Shown piece by piece: positions 37,789 through 57,159 of a DNA stretch of 64,000 nt. Position numbers and translations under genes: made by a program. The notes beneath the pieces were generated by a model. The model made no database searches. It was not told the DNA's origin and saw only the letters and a program-made list of their open reading frames with translations. Origin of the DNA: the human T2T-CHM13v2.0 reference genome, Homo sapiens. The stretch is from assembly GCF_009914755.1 (NCBI RefSeq), contig NC_060946.1. One strand, written 5' to 3'. Positions within the stretch are counted from its first letter, which is position 1. Every line of letters starts with the position of its first letter.

Positions 37789-39345
37789 TTATATATGGTA
37801 TATACTATATGTTATGGAATATGCTTTATATGTAATATATAACCTCATATATATTATATGTCATAATACATAATATTCATCCTATGTCATCTTATATATA
37901 TTATGTATATTACATAACGTATATAATATATAATACATATTATGCATCTTAAATATGAAAATATATAATTATTGATAACATAACATACAGTTATATATAA
38001 TATGATATATAACGTATATACTATATCATATGTGATATATAATATATATATTTTTATGACATGTTCTAATTTATATATATTATAATTTATATAAAGATAT
38101 AATTATTTATGTAATATAAATAATTACATATAATTATATAATGAGGTATAATATAAATAATAATATATATGATTACATATTTATAGAGTTATATGTATAA
38201 AAATATAATTATATATATAATTATATATATCATACAATAGACAACACACATATTATATAATGTATAATATAGATTATACAATATATGATACATATATGAT
38301 ATTTAATATATCATAATAGAATATATATTTTAATATTATGTATGTAACATATATTATGTGATATATGGTATATATTATGTAATGTAAAATAATATAATAT
38401 AATATATATTATATTATGATATATTACGAAAAGCATGTAATAAAATTATATATAACAAAATATATAGTTATGTATAATATAACATATAATTATATACATT
38501 ATATTATATATGTACCTATAATATTATACAGTTATATAAAACTTTAAATAGTTACATATAATGTAGTATAAAACATATATAATATATATCATAAAATATA
38601 TGTTGTATACCATATATAATATGTATCATATATTGTGTGTTATATGTCATATATTGCATATAATATATCATATGTTATATGTTGTATATATCACATTCCA
38701 CATATTGTGTGTTATGAATTATATATAATATATGACATACTTTACATTATATTTGATAAATTATACATTATATGTAACATAGTATATATTATATGTAACA
38801 TGTATATTCTATGGAAAATATATGATATATAACATATATTACATATAATTAATAACATAGACATATAATATATATTTAATGTATGTATTATACATACAAC
38901 ATATTATATATATAATATTTAATATGTATTACATAAAAGTCTTAAAATATAATATATATAATATGTCATATTTTACATATACACTTATATATTATTATAT
39001 GTTATTTTATCTTATATATAACATAGAAACATTATATATTATATATAATGTATATTATATATAAAATAGATATAATATATGTAATGTATATTATATATTT
39101 AATACGTATATTAACCATATAATATATTCTATATATGAAATATAATATATCTTATATATGTCATAAAATATAACGCATATTATGTGTCATATTGTATAAA
39201 TATAATGCTTATCTATTATCAATTATTGTATGACATATAATATGTATAATATAAGATGCAGGATGTAAAACTATATTATATATATGTTATATGTATTATA
39301 TATACGATACTATATATTATTATATACATAATGTATATTTATATT

Positions 39346-39911
39346 TGTGGGTGCCCTATTCCCCATCTGGTAACTTGTTGTAAGAAGCGCAGCGTAATAA
39401 TGTGTGGGCTTGGGATTCTGTTTTTGAAACAAAACACTGAGCCTTCAATGACCTTTCGGTCTCTGTAAAAGCACTCCTGTCTTCCTGGCAGCTGTTGGAC
39501 CTCACAATGTGGATTGTGCCCTCACCCTGCAATGCTGATGCCCTATCGCCATGGTGACGGGATTAGGGATCTCCTGCTCTTGGTCCTAAGGGCCACTGTC
39601 TGTGCTGTGTTTTCCAAAGGTCAGAACAGATTGAACCTTTGTGGTTTTATTTTCCCTGAGTTTGATTTTTCTCATGGGGAACCTGTGTTGCTGCTTTGAA
39701 CGTATATTCATACTGGCCTTTCAAATGCCAACTCTTCATATTACTAGTTAATGCTTTCAAAATATGTTATTTAAAAAATTATCCTCTGTATTGTCCATAT
39801 GCAGTTATAAATATGTTTCATGGTTATGTTTTATTCCTCAGTTTACATATTTGATTATTGTACCAAGCAGAGTACCTTTGAAATGTTTTTCCATTTAAAA
39901 AATATGAATCT
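39346..39911. repeat. HSATI segment (type B)
   Basis: Repeat copy. Confidence 0.85.
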
Positions 39912-40203
<292 letters not shown>

Positions 40204-41767
40204 TTATATATGGTATATACTATATGTTATGGAATATGCTTTATATGTAATATATAACCTCATATATATTATATGTCATAATACATAATATTCATCCTAT
40301 GTCATCTTATATATATTATGTATATTACATAACGTATATAATACATAATACATATTATGCATCTTAAATATGAAAATATATAATTATTGATAACATAACA
40401 TATAGTTATATATAATATGATATATAACGTATATACTATATCATATGTGATATATAATATATATTTTTATAACATATTATAATTTATATATATTATAATT
40501 TATATAAAGATATAATTATTTATGTAATATAAATAATTATATATAATTATATAATGAGGTATAATATAAATAATAACATATATGATTACATATTTATAGA
40601 GTTATATGTATAAAAATATAATTATATATATAATTATATATAACATAAAATAGACAACATACATATTATATAATGTATAATATATACTATACAATATATG
40701 ATACATATATGATATTTAATATATCATAATAGAATATATATTTTAATATTATGTATGTAACATATATTATGTGATATATAGTATATATTATGTAATATAA
40801 AATAATATAATATAATATATATTATATTATGATATATTATGTAAAGTATGTAATAAAATTATATATAACATAATATATAGTTATGTATAATATAACATAT
40901 AATTATATACATTATATTATATATGTACATATAATATTATACAGTTATATAAAATTTTAAATACTTACATATAATGTAGTATAAAACATATATAATATTT
41001 ATCATAAAATATATATTGTATACCATATATAATATGTATCATATATTCTGTGTTATATGTCATATATTGTATATCATATATCATATGTTATATGTTATAT
41101 ATATCTCATTCCACATATTGTGTATTATAAATTATATATAATATATGACATACATTACATTATATTTGATAAATTATACATTATATGTAACATAGTATAT
41201 ATTATATGTAACATGTATATTCTATGGAAAATATATGATATATAACATATATTACATATAATTAATAACATAGACATATAATATATATTTAATGTATGTA
41301 TTATACATACAACATATTATATATATAATATATAATATGTATTACATAAAAGTCATAAAATATAATATATATTATATGTCATATTTTACATATACAGTTA
41401 TATATTATTATATGTTATTTTATCTTATATATAACATAGAATCATTATATATTATATATAATGTATATTATATATAACATAGATATAATAGATGTAATAT
41501 ATGTAATGTATATTATATATTTAATACGTATATTAACCATAATATATATTCTATATATGAAATATACTACATCTTATATGTGTCATAAAATATAACGCAT
41601 ATTATGTGTCATATTGTATAAATATAATGCTTATCTATTATCAATTATTGTATGACATATAACATATATAATATAAGACGCAGGATGTAAAACAATATTA
41701 TATATATGTTATATGTATTATATATACGATACTATATATTATTATATACATAATGTATATTTATATT

Positions 41768-42333
41768 TGTGGGTGCCCTATTCCCCATCTGGTAACTTGT
41801 TGTAAGATGCGCAGCGTAATAATGTGTGGGCTTGGGATTCTGTTTTTGAAACAAAACACTGAGCCTTCAATGACCTTTCGGTCTCTGTAAAAGCACTCCT
41901 GTCTTCCTGGCAGCTGTTGGACCTCACAATGTGGATTGTGCCCTCACCCTGCAATGCTGATGCCCTATCGCCATGGTGACGGGATTAGGGATCTCCCGCT
42001 CTTGGTCCTAAGGGCCACTGTCTGTGCCGTGTTTTCCAAAGGTCAGAAGAGATTGAACCTTTGTGGTTTTATTTTCCCTGAGTTTGATTTTTCTCATGGG
42101 GAACCTGTGTTGCTGCTTTGAACGTATATTCATACTGGCCTTTCAAATGCCAACCCTTCATATTACTAGTTAAGGCTTTCAAAATATGTTATTTAAAAAA
42201 TTATCCTCTGTATTGTCCATATGCAGTTATAAATACGTTTCATGGTTATGTTTTATTCCTCAGTTTACATATTTGATTATTGTACCAAGCAGAGTACCTT
42301 TGAAATGTTTTTCCATTTAAAAAATATGAATCT
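41768..42333. repeat. HSATI segment (type B)
   Basis: Repeat copy. Confidence 0.85.
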
Positions 42334-42625
<292 letters not shown>

Positions 42626-44191
42626 TTATATATGGTATATACTATATGTTATGGAATATGCTTTATATGTAATATATAACCTCATATATATTATATGTCA
42701 TAATACATAATATTCATCCTATGTCATCTTATATATATTATGTATATTACATAACGTATATAATACATAATACATATTATGCATCTTAAATATGAAAATA
42801 TATAATTATTGATAACATAACATACAGTTATATATAATATGATATATAACGTATATACTATATCATATGTGATATATAATATATGTATTTTTATGACATA
42901 TTATAATTTATATATATTATAATTTATATAAAGATATAATTATTTATGTAATATAAATAATTATATATAATTATATAATGAGGTATAATATAAATAATAC
43001 TATATATGATTACATATTTATAGAGTTATAGGTATAAAAATATAATTATATATATAATTATATATATCATACAATAGACAACATACATATTATATAATGT
43101 ATAATATATATTATACAATATATGATACATATATGATATTTAATATATCATAATATAATATATATATTAATATTATGTATGTAACATATATTATGTGATA
43201 TATAGTATATATTATGTAATATAAAATAATATAATATAATATATATTATACTATGATATATTATGAAAAGTATGTAATAAAATTATATATAACATAATAT
43301 ATAGTTATGTATAATATAACATATAATTATATACATTATATTATATATGTACCTATAATATTATACAGTTATATAAAACTTTAAATAGTTACATATAATG
43401 TAGTATAAAACATATATAATATATATCATAAAATATATGTTGTATACCATATATAATATGTGTCATATATTGTGTGTTATATGTCATATATTGCATATGA
43501 TATATCATATGTTATATGTTATATATATCACATTCCACATATTGTGTATTATGAATTATATATAATCTATGACATACATTACATTATATTGGATAAATTA
43601 TACATTATATGTAACATAGTATATATTATATGTAACATGTATATTCTATGGAAAATATATGATATATAACATATATTGCATATAATTAATAACATAGACA
43701 TATAATATATATTTAATGTATGTATTATACATACAACATATTATATATATAATATTTAATATGTATTACATAAAAGTCATAAAATATAATATATATTATA
43801 TGTCATATTTTACATATACAGTTATATATTATTATATGTTATTTTATCTTATATATAACATAGAATCATTATATATTATATATAATGTATATTATATATA
43901 ACATAGATATAATAGATGTAATATATGTAATGTATATTATATATTTAATACGTATATTAACCATATAATATATTCTATATATGAAATATACTACATCTTA
44001 TATATGTCATAAAATATAACGCATATTATGTGTCATATTGTATAAATATAATGCTTATCTATTATCAATTATTGTATGACATATAATATATATAATATAA
44101 GACGCAGGATGTAAAACAATATTATATATATGTTATATGTATTATATATACGATACTATATATTATTATATACATAATGTATATTTATATT

Positions 44192-44756
44192 TGTGGGTGC
44201 CCTATTCCCCATCTGGTAACTTGTTGTAAGAAGCGCAGCGTAAAAATGTGTGGGCTTGGGATTCTGTTTTTGAAACAAAACACTGAGCCTTCAATGACCT
44301 TTCGGTCTCTGTAAAAGCACTCCTGTCTTCCTGGCAGCTGTTGGACCTCACAATGTGGATTGTGCCCTCACCCTGCAATGCTGATGCCCTATCGCCATGA
44401 TGACGGGATTAGGGATCTCCTGCTCTTGGTCCTAAGGGCCACTGTCTGTGCCGTGTTTTCCAAAGGTCAGAACAGATTGAACCTTTGTGGTTTTATTTTC
44501 CCTGAGTTTGATTTTTCTCATGGGGAACCTGTGTTGCTGCTTTGAACGTATATTCATACTGGCCTTTCAAATGCCAACTCTTCATATTACTAGTTAAGGC
44601 TTTCAAAATATGTTATTTAAAAATTATCCTCTGTATTGTCCATATGCAGTTATAAATACGTTTCATGGTTATGTTTTATTCCTCAGTTTACATATTTGAT
44701 TATTGTACCAAGCAGAGTACCTTTGAAATGTTTTTCCATTTAAAAAATATGAATCT
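44192..44756. repeat. HSATI segment (type B)
   Basis: Repeat copy. Confidence 0.85.
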
Positions 44757-45048
<292 letters not shown>

Positions 45049-46612
45049 TTATATATGGTATATAATATATGTTATGGAATATGCTTTATATGTAATATAT
45101 AACCTCATATATATTATATGTCATAATACATAATATTCATCCTATGTCATCTTATATATATTATGTATATTACATAACGTATATAATATATAATACATAT
45201 TATGCATCTTAAATATGAAAATATATAATTATTGATAACATAACATATAGTTATATATAGTATGATATATAACGTATACACTATATCATATGTGATATAT
45301 AATATATATATTTTTATTACATATTATAATTTATATATATTATAATTTATATAAAGATATAATTATTTATGTAATATAAATAATTATATATAGTTATATA
45401 ATGAGGTATAATATAAATAATAATATATATGATTACATATTTATAGAGTTATATGTATAAAAATATAATTATATATATAATTATATATATCATATAATAG
45501 ACAACACACATATTATATAATGTATAATATATATTATACAATATATGATACATATATGATATTTAATATATCATAATAGAATATATATTTTAATATTATG
45601 TATGTAACATATATTATGTGATATATAGTATATATTATGTAATATAAAATAATATAATATAATATATATTATATTATGATATATTACGTAAAGTATGTAA
45701 TAAAATTATATATAACATAACATATAGTTATGTATAATATAACATATAATTATATACATTATATTATATATGTACATATAATATTATACACTTATATAAA
45801 ATTTTAAATAGTTACATATAATGTAGTATAAAACATATATAATATATATCATAAAATATATATTGTATACCATATATAATATGTATCATATATTGTGTGT
45901 TATATGTCATATATTGTATATCATATATCATATGTTATATGTTATATATATCACATTCCACATATTGTGTATTATAAATTATATATAATATATGACATAC
46001 ATTACATTATATTTGATAAATTATACATTATATGTAACATAGTATATATTATATGTAACATGTATATTCTATGGAAAATATATGATATATAACACATATT
46101 ACATATAATTAATAACATAGACATATAATATATATTTAATGTATGTATTATACATACAACATATTATATATATCATATATAATATATATTACATAAAAGT
46201 CATAAAATATAATATATTATATGTCATATTTTACATATACAGTTATATATTATTATATGTTATTTTATCTTATATATAACATAGAAACATTATATATTAT
46301 ATATAATGTATATTATATATAACATAGATATAATAGATATAATATATGTAATGTATATTATATATTTAATACGTATATTAACCATATAATATATTCTATA
46401 TATGAAATATAATATATCTTATATATGTCATAAAATATAACGCATATTATGTGTCATATTGTATAAATATAATGCTTATCTATTATCAATTATTGTATGA
46501 CATATAATATATATAATATAAGACGCAGGATGTAAAACTATATTATATATATGTTATATGTATTATATATACGATACTATATATTATTATATACATAATG
46601 TATATTTATATT

Positions 46613-47178
46613 TGTGGGTGCCCTATTCCCCATCTGGTAACTTGTTGTAAGAAGCGCAGCGTAATAATGTGTGGGCTTGGGATTCTGTTTTTGAAACAAA
46701 ACACTGAGCCTTCAATGACCTTTCGGTCTCTGTAAAAGCACTCCTGTCTTCCTGGCAGCTGTTGGACCTCACAATGTGGATTGTGCCCTCACCCTGCAAT
46801 GCTGATGCCCTATCGCCATGGTGACGGGATTAGGGATCTCCTGCTCTTGGTCCTAAGGGCCACTGTCTGTGCTGTGTTTTCCAAAGGTCAGAACAGATTG
46901 AACCTTTGTGGTTTTATTTTCCCTGAGTTTGATTTTTCTCATGGGGAACCTGTGTTGCTGCTTTGAACGTATATTCATACTGGCCTTTCAAATGCCAACT
47001 CTTCATATTACTAGTTAATGCTTTCAAAATATGTTATTTAAAAAATTATCCTCTGTATTGTCCATATGCAGTTATAAATACGTTTCATGGTTATGTTTTA
47101 TTCCTCAGTTTACATATTTGATTATTGTACCAAGCAGAGTACCTTTGAAATGTTTTTCCATTTAAAAAATATGAATCT
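46613..47178. repeat. HSATI segment (type B)
   Basis: Repeat copy. Confidence 0.85.
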
Positions 47179-47470
<292 letters not shown>

Positions 47471-49036
47471 TTATATATGGTATATACTATATGTTATGGA
47501 ATATGCTTTATATGTAATATATAACCTCATATATATTATATGTCATAATACATAATATTCATCCTATGTCATCTTATATATATTATGTATATTACATAAC
47601 GTATATAATATATAATACATATTATGCATCTTAAATATGAAAATATATAATTGTTGATAACATAACATATAGTTATATATAGTATGATATATAACGTATA
47701 TACTATATCATATGTGATATATAATATATATATTTTTATTACATATTATAATTTATATATATTATAATTTATATAAAGATATAATTATTTATGTAATATA
47801 AATAATTATATATAATTATATAATGAGGTATAATATAAATAATAATATATATGATTACATATTTATAGATTTATATGTATAAAAATATAATTATATATAT
47901 AATTATATATATCATATAATAGACAACACACATATTATATAATGTATAATATATACTATACAATATATGATACATATATGATATTTAATATATCATAATA
48001 GAATATATATTTTAATATTATGTATGTAACATATATTATGTGATATATGGTATATATTATGTAATATAAAATAATATAATATAATATATATTATATTATG
48101 ATATATTACGTAAAGTATGTAATAAAATTATATATAACATAATATATAGTTATGTATAATATAACATATAATTATATACATTATATTATATATGTACATA
48201 TAATACTATACAGTTATATAAAATTTTAAATAGTCACATATAATGTAGTATAAAACATATATAATATATATCATAAAATATATATTGTATACCATATATA
48301 ATATGTATCATATATTGTGTGTTATATGTCATATATTGTATATCATATATCATATGTTATATGTTATATATATCACATTCCACATATTGCGTATTATAAA
48401 TTATATATAATATATGACATACATTACATTATATTTGATAAATTATACATTATATGTAACATAGTATATATTATATGTAACATGTATATTCTATGGAAAA
48501 TATATGATATATAACACATATTGCATATAATTAATAACATAGACATATAATATATATTTAATGTATGTATTATACATACAACATATTATATATATCATAT
48601 ATAATATATATTACATAAAAGTCATAAAATATAATATATAATATATGTCATATTTTACATATACAGTTATATATTATTATATGTTATTTTATCTTATATA
48701 TAACATAGAAACATTATATATTATATATAATGTATATTATATATAACATAGATATAATAGATATAATATATGTAATGTATATTATATATTTAATACGTAT
48801 ATTAACCATATAATATATTCTATATATGAAATATAATATATCTTATATATGTCATAAAATATAACGCATATTATGTGTCATATTGTATAAATATAATGCT
48901 TATCTATTATCAATTATTGTATGACATATAATATATATAATATAAGACGCAGGATGTAAAACTATATTATATATATGTTATATGTATTATATATACGATA
49001 CTATATATTATTATATACATAATGTATATTTATATT

Positions 49037-49602
49037 TGTGGGTGCCCTATTCCCCATCTGGTAACTTGTTGTAAGAAGCGCAGCGTAATAATGTGTGGGC
49101 TTGGGATTCTGTTTTTGAAACAAAACACTGAGCCTTCAATGACCTTTCGGTCTCTGTAAAAGCACTCCTGTCTTCCTGGCAGCTGTTGGACCTCACAATG
49201 TGGATTGTGCCCTCACCCTGCAATGCTGATGCCCTATCGCCATGGTGACGGGATTAGGGATCTCCTGCTCTTGGTCCTAAGGGCCACTGTCTGTGCTGTG
49301 TTTTCCAAAGGTCAGAACAGATTGAACCTTTGTGGTTTTATTTTCCCTGAGTTTGATTTTTCTCATGGGGAACCTGTGTTGCTGCTTTGAACGTATATTC
49401 ATACTGGCCTTTCAAATGCCAACTCTTCATATTACTAGTTAATGCTTTCAAAATATGTTATTTAAAAAATTATCCTCTGTATTGTCCATATGCAGTTATA
49501 AATACGTTTCATGGTTATGTTTTATTCCTCAGTTTACATATTTGATTATTGTACCAAGCAGAGTACCTTTGAAATGTTTTTCCAGTTAAAAAATATGAAT
49601 CT
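49037..49602. repeat. HSATI segment (type B)
   Basis: Repeat copy. Confidence 0.85.
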
Positions 49603-49894
<292 letters not shown>

Positions 49895-51458
49895 TTATAT
49901 ATGGTATATACTATATGTTATGGAATATGCTTTATATGTAATATATAACCTCATATATATTATATGTCATAATACATAATATTCATCCTATGTCATCTTA
50001 TATATATTATGTATATTACATAACGTATATAATATATAATACATATTATGCATCTTAAATATGAAAATATATAATTATTGATAACATAACATATAGTTAT
50101 ATATAGTATGATATATAACGTATATACTATATCATATGTGATATATAATATATATATTTTTATTACATATTATAATTTATATATATTATAATTTATATAA
50201 AGATATAATTATTTATGTAATATAAATAATTATATATAATTATATAATGAGGTATAATATAAATAATAATATATATGATTACATATTTATAGAGTTATAT
50301 GTATAAAAATATAATTATATATATAATTATATATATCATATAATAGACAACACACATATTATATAATGTATAATATATACTATACAATATATGATACATA
50401 TATGATATTTAATATATCATAGTAGAATATATATTTTAATATTATGTATGTAACATATATTATGTGATATATGGTATATATTATGTAATATAAAATAATA
50501 TAATATAATATATATTATATTATGATATATTACGTAATGTATGTAATAAAATTATATATAACATAATATATAGTTATGTATAATATAACATATAATTATA
50601 TACATTATATTATATATGTACATATAATATTATACAGTTATATAAAATTTTAAATAGTTACATATAATGTAGTATAAAACATATATAATATATATCATAA
50701 AATATATATTGTATACCATATATAATATGTATCATATATTGTGTGTTATATGTCATATATTGTATATCATATATCATATGTTATATGTTATATATATCAC
50801 ATTCCACATATTGTGTATTATAAATTATATATAATATATGACATACATTACATTATATTTGATAAATTATACATTATATGTAACATAGTATATATTATAT
50901 GTAACATGTATATTCTATGGATAATATATGATATATAACACATATTACATATAATTAATAAGATAGACATATAATATATATTTAATGTATGTATTATACA
51001 TACAACATATTATATATATCATATATAATATATATTACATAGAAGTCATAAAATATAATATATTATATGTCATATTTTACATATACAGTTATATATTATT
51101 ATATGTTATTTTATCTTATATATAACATAGAAACATTATATATTATATATAATGTATATTATATATAACATAGATATAATAGATATAATATATGTAATGT
51201 ATATTATATATTTAATACGTATATTAACCATATAATATATTCTATATATGAAATATAATATATCTTATATATGTCATAAAATATAACGCATATTATGTGT
51301 CATATTGTATAAATATAATGCTTATCTATTATCAATTATTGTATGACATATAATATATATAATATAAGACGCAGGATGTAAAACTATATTATATATATGT
51401 TATATGTATTATATATACGATACTATATATTATTATATACATAATGTATATTTATATT

Positions 51459-52024
51459 TGTGGGTGCCCTATTCCCCATCTGGTAACTTGTTGTAAGAAG
51501 CGCAGCGTAATAATGTGTGGGCTTGGGATTCTGTTTTTGAAACAAAACACTGAGCCTTCAATGACCTTTCGGTCTCTGTAAAAGCACTCCTGTCTTCCTG
51601 GCAGCTGTTGGACCTCACAATGTGGATTGTGCCCTCACCCTGCAATGCTGATGCCCTATCGCCATGGTGACGGGATTAGGGATCTCCTGCTCTTGGTCCT
51701 AAGGGCCACTGTCTGTGCTGTGTTTTCCAAAGGTCAGAACAGATTGAACCTTTGTGGTTTTATTTTCCCTGAGTTTGATTTTTCTCATGGGGAACCTGTG
51801 TTGCTGCTTTGAACGTATATTCATACTGGCCTTTCAAATGCCAACTCTTCATATTACTAGTTAATGCTTTCAAAATATGTTATTTAAAAAATTATCCTCT
51901 GTATTGTCCATATGCAGTTATAAATACGTTTCATGGTTATGTTTTATTCCTCAGTTTACATATTTGATTATTGTACCAAGCAGAGTACCTTTGAAATGTT
52001 TTTCCAGTTAAAAAATATGAATCT
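51459..52024. repeat. HSATI segment (type B)
   Basis: Repeat copy. Confidence 0.85.
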
Positions 52025-52316
<292 letters not shown>

Positions 52317-53880
52317 TTATATATGGTATATACTATATGTTATGGAATATGCTTTATATGTAATATATAACCTCATATATATTATATGTCATAATACATA
52401 ATATTCATCCTATGTCATCTTATATATATTATGTATATTACATAACGTATATAATATATAATACATATTATGCATCTTAAATATGAAAATATATAATTAT
52501 TGATAACATAACATATAGTTATATATAGTATGATATATAACGTATATACTATATCATATGTGATATATAATATATATATTTTTATTACATATTATAATTT
52601 ATATATATTATAATTTATATAAAGATATAATTATTTATGTAATATAAATAATTATATATAATTATATAATGAGGTATAATATAAATAATAATATATATGA
52701 TTACATATTTATAGAGTTATATGTATAAAAATATAATTATATATATAATTATATATATCATATAATAGACAACACACATATTATATAATGTATAATATAT
52801 ATTATACAATATATGATACATATATGATATTTAATATATCATAATAGAATATATATTTTAATATTATGTATGTAACATATATTATGTGATATATAGTATA
52901 TATTATGTAATATAAAATAATATAATATAATATATATTATATTATGATATATTACGTAAAGTATGTAATAAAATTATATATAACATAATATATACTTATG
53001 TATAATATAACATATAATTATATACATTATATTATATATGTACATATAATATTATACAGTTATATAAAATTTTAAATAGTCACATATAATGTAGTATAAA
53101 ACATATATAATATATATCATAAAATATATATTGTATACCATATATAATATGTATCATATATTGTGTGTTATATGTCATATATTGTATATCATATATCATA
53201 TGTTATATGTTATATATATCACATTCCACATATTGTGTATTATAAATTATATATAATATATGACATACATTACATTATATTTGATAAATTATACATTATA
53301 TGTAACATAGTATATATTATATGTAACATGTATATTCTATGGAAAATATATGATATATAACACATATTACATATAATTAATAACATAGACATATAATATA
53401 TATTTAATGTATGTATTATACATACAACATATTATATATATCATATATAATATATATTACATAGAAGTCATAAAATATAATATATTATATGTCATATTTT
53501 ACATATACAGTTATATATTATTATATGTTATTTTATCTTATATATAACATAGAAACATTATATATTATATATAATGTATATTATATATAACATAGATATA
53601 ATAGATATAATATATGTAATGTATATTATATATTTAATACGTATATTAACCATATAATATATTCTATATATGAAATATAATATATCTTATATATGTCATA
53701 AAATATAACGCATATTATGTGTCATATTGTATAAATATAATGCTTATCTATTATCAATTATTGTATGACATATAATATATATAATATAAGACGCAGGATG
53801 TAAAACTATATTATATATATGTTATATGTATTATATATACGATACTATATATAATTATATACATAATGTATATTTATATT

Positions 53881-54446
53881 TGTGGGTGCCCTATTCCCCA
53901 TCTGGTAACTTGTTGTAAGAAGCGCAGCGTAATAATGTGTGGGCTTGGGATTCTGTTTTTGAAACAAAACACTGAGCCTTCAATGACCTTTCGGTCTCTG
54001 TAAAAGCACTCCTGTCTTCCTGGCAGCTGTTGGACCTCACAATGTGGATTGTGCCCTCACCCTGCAATGCTGATGCCCTATCGCCATGGTGACGGGATTA
54101 GGGATCTCCTGCTCTTGGTCCTAAGGGCCACTGTCTGTGCTGTGTTTTCCAAAGGTCAGAACAGATTGAACCTTTGTGGTTTTATTTTCCCTGAGTTTGA
54201 TTTTTCTCATGGGGAACCTGTGTTGCTGCTTTGAACGTATATTCATACTGGCCTTTCAAATGCCAACTCTTCATATTACTAGTTAATGCTTTCAAAATAT
54301 GTTATTTAAAAAATTATCCTCTGTATTGTCCATATGCAGTTATAAATACGTTTCATGGTTATGTTTTATTCCTCAGTTTACATATTTGATTATTGTACCA
54401 AGCAGAGTACCTTTGAAATGTTTTTCCATTTAAAAAATATGAATCT
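53881..54446. repeat. HSATI segment (type B)
   Basis: Repeat copy. Confidence 0.85.
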
Positions 54447-54738
<292 letters not shown>

Positions 54739-56301
54739 TTATATATGGTATATACTATATGTTATGGAATATGCTTTATATGTAATATATAACCTCATAT
54801 ATATTATATGTCATAATACATAATATTCATCCTATGTCATCTTATATATATTATGTATATTACATAACGTATATAATATATAATACATATTATGCATCTT
54901 AAATATGAAAATATATAATTATTGATAACATAACATATAGTTATATATAGTATGATATATAACGTATATACTATATCATATGTGATATATAATATATATA
55001 TTTTTATTACATATTATAATTTATATATATTATAATTTATATAAAGATATAATTATTTATGTAATATAAATAATTATATATAATTATATAATGAGGTATA
55101 ATATAAATAATAATATATATGATTACATATTTATAGAGTTATATGTATAAAAATATAATTATATATATAATTATATATATCATATAATAGACAACACACA
55201 TATTATATAATGTATAATATATACTATACAATATATGATACATATATGATATTTAATATATCATAATAGAATATATATTTTAATATTATGTATGTAACAT
55301 ATATTATGTGATATATAGTATATATTATGTAATATTAAATAATATAATATAATATATATATTATGATATATTACGTAAAGTATGTAATAAAATTATATAT
55401 AACATAATATATAGTTATGTATAATATAACATATAATTATATACATTATATTATATATGTACATATAATACTATACAGTTATATAAAATTTTAAATAGTC
55501 ACATATAATATAGTATAAAACATATATAATATATATCATAAAATATTTATTGTATACCATATATAATATGTATCATATATTGTGTGTTATATGTCATATA
55601 TTGTATATCATATATCATATGTTATATGTTATATATATCACATTCCACATATTGCGTATTATAAATTATATATAATATATGACATACATTACACTATATT
55701 TGATAAATTATACATTATATGTAACATAGTATATATTATATGTAACATGTATATTCTATGGAAAATATATGATATATAACACATATTACATATAATTAAT
55801 AACATAGACATATAATATATATTTAATGTATGTATTATACATACAACATATTATATATATCATATATAATATATATTACATAAAAGTCATAAAATATAAT
55901 ATATAATATATGTCATATTTTACATATACAGTTATATATTATTATATGTTATTTTATCTTATATATAACATAGAAACATTATATATTATATATAATGTAT
56001 ATTATATATAACATAGATATAATAGATATAATATATGTAATGTATATTATATATTTAATACGTATATTAACCATAGAATATATTCTATATATGAAATATA
56101 ATATATCTTATAGATGTCATAAAATATAACGCATATTATTTGTCATATTGTATAAATATAATGCTTATTTATTATCAATTATTGTAGGACATATAATATG
56201 TATAATATAAGATGCAAGATGTAAAACTATATTATATATATGTTATATGTATTATATATACGATACTATATATTATTATATACATAATGTATATTTATAT
56301 T

Positions 56302-56867
56302 TGTGGGTGCCCTATTCCCCATCTGGTAACTTGTTGTAAGAAACGCAGCGTAATAATGTGTGGGCTTGGGATTCTGTTTTTGAAACAAAACACTGAGCCT
56401 TCAATGACCTTTCGGTCTCTGTAAAAGCACTCCTGTCTTCCTGGCAGCTGTTGGACCTCACAATGTGGATTGTGCCCTCACCCTGCAATGCTGATGCCCT
56501 ATCGCCATGGTGACGGGATTAGGGATCTCCTGCTCTTGGTCCTAAGGGCCACTGTCTGTGCTGTGTTTTCCAAAGGTCAGAACAGATTGAACCTTTGTGG
56601 TTTTATTTTCCCTGAGTTTGATTTTTCTCATGGGGAACCTGTGTTGCTGCTTTGAACGTATATTCATACTGGCCTTTCAAATGCCAACTCTTCATATTAC
56701 TAGTTAATGCTTTCAAAATATGTTATTTAAAAAATTATCCTCTGTATTGTCCATATGCAGTTATAAATACGTTTCATGGTTATGTTTTATTCCTCAGTTT
56801 ACATATTTGATTATTGTACCAAGCAGAGTACCTTTGAAATGTTTTTCCATTTAAAAAATATGAATCT
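56302..56867. repeat. HSATI segment (type B)
   Basis: Repeat copy. Confidence 0.85.

Positions 56868-57159
<292 letters not shown>

Noticed and set aside
39256-39468. 70-aa ATG ORF (also 56212-56424)
   Set aside because: The ATG arises from a CpG>TpG change in two monomers; it is a low-complexity chance frame.
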